A stretch of 64,000 bases of DNA from Oculina patagonica (lineage: Eukaryota): positions 16,244,001 through 16,308,000 of the forward strand of contig NC_135767.1 in NCBI RefSeq assembly GCF_052425735.1, given 5' to 3'. Each line of letters starts with the position of its first letter. The first letter of the stretch is position 1. This document shows positions 35,601 to 47,600 of this stretch, piece after piece. The translations under genes and the position numbers were made by a program. Under the pieces are notes generated by a model that did not search any database, was not told the DNA's origin, and saw only the letters and a list, made by a program, of their open reading frames with translations.

Positions 35601-38600
35601 AGACCATAGCACCAAAATTTCAGTTTAGCGGCTAAAAAAAACGCGTTTTTTGAGAAAATTTGGGGGTCAAAGGGTTAATATCGCTTATAACTTGGTTTTT
35701 ACTTTAAAAAAGCTTGTCATATGCATTCAAGAGTAAAATTAAATTTCTTTCTTAGTCATCTTCACGTCACCTATCGTGAGACTCCGCAGAGCAGAGCCAC
35801 ACAGTGCAGTCAACTCCCACTGTAACGGACACCTTTGGGACCACAATATGGTGTCCGTAATAGAGAAAGTCAATAGTAGCGGGAGTCATTTCAGTAATTC
35901 TTATTCGCCAGGACTTCAGCTCATGTCCGTAATAACAGGGTGCTCGTAATAGCGAGGTATACGCAAGGCGGGAGTTGACTGCATATGGTACCCTTATGTG
36001 GCATTCTGATCTTAAGTTTGCCCCTCGTTGTTTTGTGAAATGAAACCTGGGATTAGTTTTAAACTGCCTTCTTATGCATTGTTGTTTTCTTAATTAATTC
36101 TTCTGCAACAAAATCGGTGTGATATAAACTCACCTGCAACGCAGTTCTCACTTGAAGTGGCTCCCGTGCTATTGGTTGATTTTCCTTCATCGCATTTTAT
36201 GCAGATGGTCTGTCCTTCCTTGCCTTGATAACTGCCTTTAAGGCATGCTTCACACTTGAAACTCTTTTTATCATACAATGTTCCTACGGGACAAGCCACT
36301 GTCAAAGACAAAGCACGTGTTAATATACAGCCGCCAAATGCAAGAGTTCTGCTGTTTCCAATGTAAGGCGGTCCATATTTTCAATATTGACTGCTAAGGG
36401 CAGTTAAAAAGGTATCACATCTATGCCAAATTTTAAGGAATTTCACCGAAGGAAACTCTAGTAAATCCCAGAGGAAAATTTCTAATTTCGCCCGAATAAC
36501 AATTACGTCATCAGAATAGAAATTGTCCAAGATCGCTATTTGAGCATGCGCGAACTTTCGAACCATACGAGTTGATGTGTAAAGACGAGCGTTCCCCGTT
36601 GTTGTTGGTTTTTGTGCGAATATCTGTTAACCCAAAGGTTAGTTAGAGAAATACCTTAATACTTTATGTAGCAGAATCTCTGAAATTCTGCTCGAAGTAT
36701 CTCACAATCGCGGAGACTATTCTTTATTTTCTCTTTTGCTTTCGATCGTACTAACTTTACAAAAGTGGCCAGAAGCACCGCGGACGTTGTAAACACCTTT
36801 TTAGGGTGTTGTAAACTCTTTTACCTGCCCAACACAGGAAAGCACTGGTGTTGTTTCATTGGCAGGAAGCAAGTTTCGCGTTTTATCGCCGAAAATTTCA
36901 CGCTCGCGTGAAGCCGCCATATTTGTTTTGATTTGCCGGCATTTCAAGCTCGCCCTTTCGTACCCATTCTTCGCGCGGTCAAGAAACCCTATGGAGCCAC
37001 CTTAAATGTAAGCAATGCTTACCACATCCCTCTCCTTTACCAGCTGTAACGAATCCAGCACTGCACGTGACATTGGAGTAAAGATGCTGCAATGACGATC
37101 GGTCCGCAGTGCTGTTCATTCCACGCAAGCTTATCCGAAACTGGCCTGTGGCTACGGCATACTTCATTTGAAACAACACGGCTTCACTTGTCTCTTCCAC
37201 ATTGCCTCCTAATGAAGACGAATCAGCTCCTTTTACCACCAGTGAGAAAAGAACTTCCATCGCATGGTCCACTGCCCTTCTCTTCTTTTTACTGGCTTTC
37301 GATTCGCATCCGGGAACTGTGACGTCTCTTAATTCGCATGCATGGCATCCTTGGACTGTTGAAAGCGTGCCTTTGATTCCCTTTTCGACTGCAGAGTGTA
37401 ACTCATTGTTATTTTCGGTGATGTCACATTGCATACCAGGAAACTTAATCGAGAAGCGATGCTCTATTTCTTTTGGCGCCGCTTTACCTGTGACAGAAAA
37501 GAATAAGTGAGTCAATATGTGGGTCAATTGAAGATGTAATGAGCTACTGCATTCTTTGCTGAGTTTGAATTTAAATACCTGTGTTATACCTATCTTTCGC
37601 TAACGATTGCACGTGCAAAAAATCAATGCACAAATGTTGGGCCCAATCAGAGGCCGGGATATTTAAGGTTCTGGAACTAGTCCGTTAATGGTAACGTAAC
37701 GTATCGTAAAGTCCGTTAACTTTCGTTGCTGACTAACGCTTGACTAACCGTCCCTTGGTCTCCTGATAATGTTAAAATAAATCGAATGTTTACACTACTG
37801 TTTGCGTTTTGGTAACCTTTAAGGAATGTATATTTATGACGAATCTTGAACGTCTCTAAAGTGAGGAAGACGGCTATTTCTTCAGTTAAAAACAAAATAC
37901 CCTTTCTAAAATCATTTTACGTACTTGAGCATATTGGTACTACCAGATCCTCTATGCCATTCCATTTCCAGTTTGTATCAGGACCACAGCCATACATAGT
38001 CATTGCCTCAGCACTGAACGAGTAACCTTCATCGCAGGACATGAGACAAAGCTCTTTGCCTGAAACCTTTTTGCAAGATTTTCTTCCATTCCTGGGTTTC
38101 TTTAATTCGGGACACTCTATAGAGTTGAGATAACAACACCGTTAGCCTTGCTCTTTTGGAAGATGCCTTAGGTCATAAATGTGAGGAATTTGTAAATACA
38201 CCTAATTGCAATAAAGTTGTTATAGAAGATAAAAGAGAAAAAGGTAAATAGGAATTAATTAGCGCAGTTTCATAACTGGTAGCATTTACAGGAAACTCAA
38301 GAGTTTTTATCTGCACAACTTGAGTCCACTTTTTTATGCTGTGACAAGATAAATTGATACAGTCGTATTTTGAGCCATTTTAAGGCCGTTTGTACGAATT
38401 CATTCCTATTTGCCTTTTTTCCTTTTTCCCTTTTTTACGACAGCATTATTGTAATTAGGTTTCTCAAACTCATTAATAATTCATCAAGTTAAAACAAGGA
38501 AAATCATAGCCGTGACGGTTGTCTGGATACCCGATCTTAATTAGCACAGATTTTTACGATTTTATTTCTCCGCTTATTCCGTAGTTTTTGTTCCCGATGA

Positions 38601-41600
38601 AACACTGCCTCTCGTGTTTGATATATTACGTATACAATATTCAGTGAATAACATTTTGTTTGGAGGAAACATGCCTAAGGTACTTCCAGTTTCCAAGTTT
38701 CAAACATTACCCTGGTGTGATACCACAGGTATTACAACATCTGTCTAAGCCTAAAACATTTATTTTGCGTCTTTGACTAGAATAGAAACAAATTATGATT
38801 TTGCCTTTTCTTTTGTTGTTATTGATCTTATGGTACCTCAAACAACGAAAAGTAAATGAAAAACCCGCGGGGTACTTCCTATGATTAAGACTGTACGGGA
38901 AGGCTTTGCTCCAAAAGGCACCTTTTTAAGGCTGGAGGTATTTCAAAGGATAGTGATATCACGAGCTGAAGTATACGAACGGGTAGAAGAAACTTTCATT
39001 TCTTAATATTTAAAAGTTTTAAAGACCTTTTTAAAATATCTCAAAATGACGTCCTGATGTTAGGGATAAACGAAGTGTTAACTTTTAAAAAGAGATGCAA
39101 TCATATGGTAGTTATGAATAAGGGGAACACTACTAACGAAGGCATATAAAAGGGTTACGATTTGGGTCAAAATACGAAACTGGAAGGGTTAAGTATATAA
39201 ATGAAGCAACCGCCCCCCTCCCTCCAGGGTGAGGTCACGGGAGTTGATAAAGCACAGCGAAAAATTCTTCTCAGTTCTCAAATATCATAAAAAAAGGTTT
39301 GTAAATTTTAACAATACAAAACAAAGCCCGTCTGAAGAACTCTCCATAATATGTTTCTACAATTGCAGGTCGAAAGCTCTGGGGGTCTCATACCTTCTTC
39401 GTTGATGATTTTCTTCTCGCAGTTGGTTCCCCAATAACCTTTTTCACACACACAGTCATAACGGTTGACATCATCCACACACTTCCCATTATTACAGGGA
39501 TTTGAGCGGCAATCGTCGATATTGATGTCACAGTGAGGACCTGTGAATCCAGCTTGACATGTGCAGTAGTAACGCCCCTGGCGAGACTCGCAGTGAAGGA
39601 AGTGCGAACAGTTATTTGTACACATGTCCAAAGCTGCAAGCAAAGCATTTAGGGAGGAAACTTTATTCAAAGTTTCGTCTTGAAACATATTGAGAAGTAT
39701 TAAGTATCGCATCAAAGCACTACCAAATAATTTTCAGTCTGTTGGGCTAACACCAATTTAGGTTTTATCAGCAGTCCAATTATCATAAGGAGCCGCCACC
39801 TTACAATGATAGTTAACAGTACCAAATGATTGAATTTCTCAGTATCTTTCATTTGAACGGTCACATATTAGAACCACCTTGTACAGCGCCATATGAATGT
39901 AGTGCTCAAAAGTTTTCATTTGAATGGTCACACGCTAGTTATTAAAAGTTAGAACGACCTTGTACAGCACAATGAACATAAATGGTCAATGCTGGAGTTG
40001 CACTCAAAACTTGCAAGTTTAAACGACCTTGCACAGCGTATAAGGATGCTGCGCGGTTTTTAATATAAACAGTCACAATTTCTTTAATTGGGAGACTATA
40101 AATAAATAAGATCGTGTGTGATGAAAAAGTGAAAATTCTATCAAGGACACTTACGTCTTTGTTTCTATTTTTGGGACTGCCTTTAGTTCAGAAGAAGATG
40201 CAAGAACTACATGATTTACTACAGACGCCAAAAAGAACAAGTAAAAATAGAAAATACCTTTGCACTGCGTCTTGAATCTTTTTTCGACTTTTCCTTTGAT
40301 TCCTGGTAAAAAGCTACTCCATGCTCGAACACTTCCAGCGATGGGCCATGTGCAATTATGAGCCGCGTTCCACATGTGGTCATCAGTCGCTGGCACATCC
40401 CAAAGGCTAACTTGATGCAACGTACCGACAAAAGCAGTCGAAAGGGCTGGGGCTTTTTCTCCTGCGAGATACCGCTGTCCGAGCGCAATCCATCCACCTC
40501 CTGTGATTGTATCTCCCATTTTGACATTTGTCGCCTTTTTTATTTCCTTTCTATCAACGTACACTGAAGTATTTCCAGAGAGTCCGTTCCACACTACTCC
40601 TACGTAATGCCAGTGTTCGTCTGCTAACTTGTAATCGGCACTGAGTACTTTATCTTTAATCTGCAGATGAACTTGAGACTCGGTAAAGGACAGCACTATG
40701 ATGTCATCTGATCCTGGTTGCCCAGCAACGCTGTAGCTGAACAGTGTTCCTGACTTGTACCTGAAGTCTGCTCGGACAAACAAGGCGATGGTAAAGGATC
40801 TCATACTCGGAATACCTATTCCATCCGATAATAAAACCATGTCTGCTGTGCTTTTGCGTTTAAAAATAAGGTCAAAGTTGCCACCAAGAACTGCAAAACA
40901 AAATTAAGCGTCAGAAAACAAAGACCTTTTGGTGCTTTAATTTGTCTACAGAGAAACGTCTGAAACCCCTAAGGAGCTGGCAGTTCTTAACCGATGACGC
41001 AGCTCTACAAATATCCATACAGGAGTTATTTATCGGTTGGTATTTTTCCTACCAATCAAGGGCGTTAGACAGATCCCTGAAGTGTTATGTCATTACACAT
41101 AAGTTTTCGGTTGGAATCTGAGACGCCTTTCCCAGGGATACATGAACATATTACTATTTTAAAGAAAGGCTTACTACAGTAAACTCCGCGTGTAAGGACG
41201 TACGTTTTTCAGAGTTTGGCAAAACAGGTTCTTGTATTATGGGGAACTTATTGACAGTTTAGGCTAAGTAGGTTCTTAATTAGGTTCTTAATTTCTACAA
41301 AGTAGACATTGTTGTTGATTAATCAGAAAATAGTATAAAATCTGGTTTATTCTTCAATATATATACTTATTAATGTACAACTTTAATTGATCAATGATAC
41401 AGTACTTTATACCATGCCATAGAAAATACAGCCAATCAGAATACAGAAAAGTCGTTGTATATTCGACGATATTCAACCCAACCTTCCCATCGTGCGCTGC
41501 GATCTTATTCTCGATGAAAATTAGTGAGCATATTTTCTATGGCATGGTATAAAATAGTTACACAACACTTTCTCGTGGTATACTTAACAATTATTCCATG

Positions 41601-44600
41601 AGTCCGCGTTGGATACGAGGTGGTAAATAGCCAACGAGGCGCGAAGCGCCGAGTTGGCTATAACGACTCGTATCCAACAAGGGCGAATGGAATAATTGTT
41701 TTATTAAATTCTTCTCAAGTTCACTGAACTTGAAAATCGAATGGACATTTCATTTTGATGTAAACGAAGTGATAGTATGAGGAGACGCGAAAATTTCTGG
41801 CGCGGTGTTCACTTCTTGAGTTGAATGAAACATACGAGGAAAGCGAGCAAGAGAGTTTTCTTCAGAAGATTTTCCTCAAATAATCCCCTCTAAAGTCGTC
41901 TAAATATCATGGAAATTGTGACAACAGTTAAGATTTACGAGAAGATCCGAAGCAAAACCTTTTCTGGAAACAACAAGTCTTGTGCAAGTCGAACGAGGCA
42001 AGTGTTTAATTTGTACTTCTTTACGGCTCCACGGCTGTCATCAAGACTGCTATATTATTTGAAGCGAAATTGAGCTCAAAGTGGAACAGGTTTACTAAAG
42101 TATGAAAGGACAAAACCAAGATTGAAAGGTAACAAACTTTACTGAAGTGCTGAGCCTAGTTTTATGACGTATACTGAATGAAACTGTGTCAGTTTGCCGT
42201 TCTTTCGTAAATTATTTGCTGCTTTTATACTTTATTCACTCGCTCTTGCTGTGCGTTCAGTTTAAAAGTATTATTAATTACACTTTTCGCATCTATCCTT
42301 TTGTTTTGCGTAGTTTAATTAAGTATGGCATTTCTTTGGTTTTTGTAGGCACCGCTAATTATTTCTTGTTCATAAAGCTCGCCAAATTTGCTGTTCAAAA
42401 CCATTTTGATGAAACTGTCGCTCCCCGCAGAAAAATTTTAGTTTGGCAACAGTAACGCAATCATTTTCCAAATAAGGTCAACAACCGGGATTGAGTGAAC
42501 CAATCAGAATGCTAGAAATGCAATATCCGTGGCTGAAAATTTAATAATATGGAATATCCCACTTGTCACTTGTATTTTCTTCGTATACACAAGTGACTCG
42601 TGGGATATTCCATAGTATACAACTCGAAAGCGTTGCATAACTAGTATGTATATAACAACACCTTTTTGGTTTTTGGTAAAAAAATATATAACTTAAAAAA
42701 GTTAGACCCCACATATAAGAACCTGTTGGGATTTGTTTGGCTAAACAGGTTCTTATATTTTGGGGTATTAAAAAAGCAAATTTCTGCCAGAAGGTTCTTA
42801 AATCCCTAGGTTCTTACACGCGGGTTTTTACTGTATCTACTTACAGATGTCACAGCTGTCTCCAGTATAAGAAGGGTAGCACTCACAACCGTAACCATTC
42901 ACAAGATCCTTGCAATACGAATTTGGCATACAAGGGTCCGAAGCACAGTCGTTAATGTCATCTTCACATGTAACACCAGTGAAGCCTGTCTTGCACAAAC
43001 AAGTGAAGTTTCCTGTAGAGTTGTCAGACTTGCATGTGCCTTCATTTTGGCAAGGTGTTGACAGGCAGAGATCTGTGAGGTTTTCACAGTTCTCGCCAAT
43101 AAACTGATCCATGCAATTGCACTTGTAACCAGGTGTCAGATCGATGCAGGTCCCATTGTTGGAACATGGGCTCGATTCGCATTCGTCAATCTCCGTTTCG
43201 CAGTACGTTCCGTTATAGCCTTCGGAGCACCGACAGGAGTATCCTAGGGTGTGGTCAACGCAAGTAGCATTGTTCAGACAGGAATTGTTAACACAGTCAT
43301 CAATGTTGGTGTCACAGAGCCTCCCTGTATACCCAGCGACACACGAACAAGTGAAATTATTGACGGCGTCATGGCAGGTTGCGTTGTTGAAACACGGCCT
43401 TGCTAAACATTCGTCTACTTCGTACTCGCAGTATTTGCCAAAGTATCCACTGCTACAGTTGCAATAGAAGCCTGTGCGAGAGTTGACGCAGAAGCCGTTT
43501 TGGCTGCAGTTAGCTTCTTTACAGTAGTCAATGCGATTTTCACAGTGGTAGCCGTTGAAACCTTCTAGGCAAGAACAAGTGTAATTGGCCACCAAATCTG
43601 AGCACGTGCTATTGTTAACACACGGGCTAGATTTGCAGTCGTCAATGTTTTCTTGGCACTGCAGACCTGTGAATCCAGTTGGGCAGACACAAACGAAGCC
43701 ATTTATCTGCATATATAAATAAGATAGATTTGAATACAAAAAAAGGCTTGGTCACTTGAACTTCGCTCTTTCTTATCATAGGCCAAAATATAAGCGTAGC
43801 GGACGAGAGGGTCGAAGTGAAATAATAATTATAAAGTTCCAATTTCCTTCAAGTGATATCATGAAAAGCAAATTGGATGCCATGACCATGGCTGAAACAT
43901 GAGGTATTATTTATAGCTTTAAAAAATGCAACTACTCTAAATTTAAGTAACCTCTTGTATTGCATTCAGAATACTTCGTCAAAGTTAATCGAAACTATCA
44001 CTTTGGGTCACTCTCTATTGTAAATTCACCCACTTTATCTCCAAACAATGCTGAGTATCAAAATTCAAGCGTGTGTCACACATCTTTTACAGTTCATAAG
44101 CACAGAGGTGGATAAGGGAAAAATACTTTTTCAGTTGACACAATTTGTCGTTCATTGTCAATTTGCAAACTAAGAGTGTTTGAAAAGAGAAGTGGTCCCA
44201 AACAGTGTTAGCCGGACTGACAGTGGCAAACGTTAAGGATAATCTTTGTTAAAAGAAGACTGAAGTTAAAGCGAATACAAGCAGGTCGACGCACAAATTA
44301 AAGTATTAACGTGCTATTCAAACCTGTGCCATTACCTGATCATAACAAGTCCCGCCATAGAAACAAGGGAAAGACGCACACTCGTCAATTTCCACAGTAC
44401 AGTCGTCACCCAAAAATCCAGGCGCGCAGTCGCAGCTGTACCTGTTTATTCCGTCCCTGCAAGTAGATCCGTTACCACATGAGCTCATCAAGCAGTCGTC
44501 AATATCAACTTCACAGTGTCGACCGCTGAATCCATCAACACAGGCACAAGTGTAGTTATCAACTTTGTCGATACAGGTAGCATTATTGCGACACGGAGAG

Positions 44601-47600
44601 CTGGCGCATTCATCAATGTCAATGCTACAGTTTTTTCCTATGTATCCCTTATGGCAGTTACATCGATAGTCATTTATCAGGTCAACACAAGATCCGTCGT
44701 TCACGCATGGATTTTGCCCGCAGTCATCGATATTTATTTCACAGCTAATACCAGCAAAGCCGTCAGCACATGCGCATTCATATTCGTCTATGCCATCGAC
44801 ACAAGTGCCGTTGTTTAAACAGGTAGCATTTTTGCAATCGTCGACATTGATCTGGCACTGGTCTCCAACAAAACCATCAACACACTGGCAAGTGAAGGAA
44901 GTTACACCGTCAATGCAAGATCCGTTGTTGAAGCAAGGTACGGAAGCGCAGTAGTCGATGTCCACATCGCAGATTTTACCCGTAAAACCTTGCGGGCACA
45001 CGCAGGTAAAGTTGTTCACACCATCGTGACACGACCCGTTGTTTGAGCAAGGACTTGTAGCGCAGTCATCGATGTTGATTTCACAGTGCAGACCATCAAA
45101 TCCATCGCGGCAGTCACAGTGGTAGCCGTTCACCATATCGACACAGGTGGCTTGGTTTCTGCAAGGATTGGAGAAACACTCATCAATGTCGACGTCACAT
45201 GCTATCCCAGTGAATCCTTTCTCGCAGATGCAGTAAAATCCATTGACCTGGTCCAGACATGTAGCGTTGTTCTTGCAGTCTGCGCCGGCACATTCGTCAA
45301 TATTGTGCTCACAGTTGGCTCCGTTGAAACCTGCAGGACAGACGCAGTCATAACTGTCAATCCCGTCAAGGCATCGGGCGCCATTTTGGCAAGGGTCGCT
45401 TGCACATTCATCGATATTCTCTTCGCAGTCGTTTCCTTGGAAACCCGCTGCACAAACGCACTCATAGTTATTTACTTTGTCTTTACAAGTAGCTCCATTC
45501 TGACAGGGAGATATAAGGCATTCATTGATGTCCATATCACACAGCCTTCCCGTATAACCTGGTTCGCACTGGCATTGATAACCTCCAGGGAGGTTTTCAC
45601 ATGAGGCGTTGTTGGAACACGGCGATGAAATACACTCATCAATATCCTCCTCGCAGTTGAATCCTCTGAAGCCATGTGCGCATGTGCAGGTGTAGTTGTT
45701 GACAAGGTCATGACATGTACCATTGTTGAAACAAGGTTGGCCTTGACAGTCATCAATATTGGTGTCGCATTGTTTCCCCGTGTAACCCGGTTGGCAGGAG
45801 CACAAGAAATCGCCAATGAGATCGGTACACGTGGAGTTGTTGTTACAGGGGTTAGAGTCACACTCGTCAATTTCTGAAAAAAAAAGTAACATGTACAATA
45901 AAGACTATCAGTTTGCAGGTGCGAGTAAGGAAAGAAAAATATGCGATCTAAATGAAAACAAGTTATTTTATTGTCAGTATTTAAAAGTGGTTGCATATTT
46001 TTTTAGTGATAAACAACTTCTTAAATACTGGTGCATTGGGGCGTCAAAGGAGCTTTGACGCAGATGGGGTATCTCTGTTATTTTCGTCATTCGTGATACG
46101 ATTATTTGAACACTTTTAGCCATACTCATTTCGTTTGGCTCATTTTAACGGTTTTACAGCTTAGAAACTATTATGAGGTTTCTGTCTTGAAGGCAACTTC
46201 ACTTCGACAAGATCACAACCGTACTTCCTTCTAATTAGCGTAAATTACGATTTATTCTTGTCAAAGGGAGGTGATTGAAATTTATTCTACTAAGATATTT
46301 GGGTTCGCAAAAGCGAAGACTGGTATTTCAACTGAGACCACTAACCTATGCAGTCCTGTGAGTTCTTTGACCCGGGTTTCAGTGTTATTGTTGTTCCTGG
46401 ACATGAAAAACACACTCGACTCTCATTACGAGGCTGAAAGGATCGTCGATCGCATAAAGAACATGGTGCCAGCCCGGTTGGAGAGAACGATCCAGTCGTG
46501 CATGGAACTGTGGGAAATAATTGATCAATAGACCGTTAACGAGGTATGTCAACCAGTTGAAGATTTTTAAAAAAAATATTATGTGATAACAATACTTATA
46601 ACTTATACTAGTATTTAATATAAAGGAAGATTCGTGCAGACATTGTTGAGACTTTGGACGTTGACACCTTCTAAGAAAACCTTAACTGTAAATATATTGC
46701 CAACAAAAGGCAGTTGTCTGTTTGTACGAGTTAGCAGCCACATATCCAGGTGAATCAAAACGAAAGGTTGCGTTCCAAGCTATTATTCATGAAATGGTAG
46801 TCCATTGTCCATTGTCCTTACATCTTGCCAATACACACGCACGAGACTCACGTTTTGTGGCGAAGAAAATAAAGCAACATTGCAGGCTAGAGCAAGTTCC
46901 GATACAGATCCATACATCTTATTCAGAAATAATTATCCATTACAAGGCCTACTCGGTGCAAAATCTGCTAGTGACTATTGCAGGGCCTGCAACCATCCAG
47001 CATTGTGGATTTTGTATCACGTGACCTGACATTATACTTGTGGAATGTAATTTAAATACCTCCGCATTGCACAGAGCTGTTGGATCCCTCGGCGGGCGTT
47101 GTTTGGATGGGACCGCATTGTAAGCATGAGAGTTGTCCCTCCAAGTCTTGATAATATCCCTTGTCACAAGGAAAACATGGCTCCATTCCGGTGGGAGAAT
47201 ATGAACCAGGTTTGCAAAGAGCTATCGCGAAAAAATAACAGAAACTGCCATTTATCACTCAATTCAGTATGTCATATAATACTCTAATTCTGCGTTATAT
47301 ATACGCAAATTGGGGCTATAAACCACAGAAAGTTACCCTGTATTTATATAGCTAATGATAAAATATTGAAATTGCGACATTTCTAATAAGAGTACACAGA
47401 TGACACAGGGTCTCATTTAAATTTTGGTAGAATAACCACTTAACGAGCCGTTTTAGCGCACCCCAGTTGTCTGTTTTTGAAGAAAGAAAGTTTTGCTTTG
47501 CTACCAGTTATGCAAAGGGTAGAAAATAAAATAAAAACGAAACTCTTTCGTGTTACTTTCGGTGGGCTAATAATCAAGCTGAAATTCGTGTGACCTTGCC

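Noticed and set aside
44516-45996. Antisense and alternative-frame ORFs over the EGF exons (also 6631-8190)
   Set aside because: Shadow frames of repetitive Cys/Asp/Asn codons; their similarity between paralogs follows from the sense-strand conservation.
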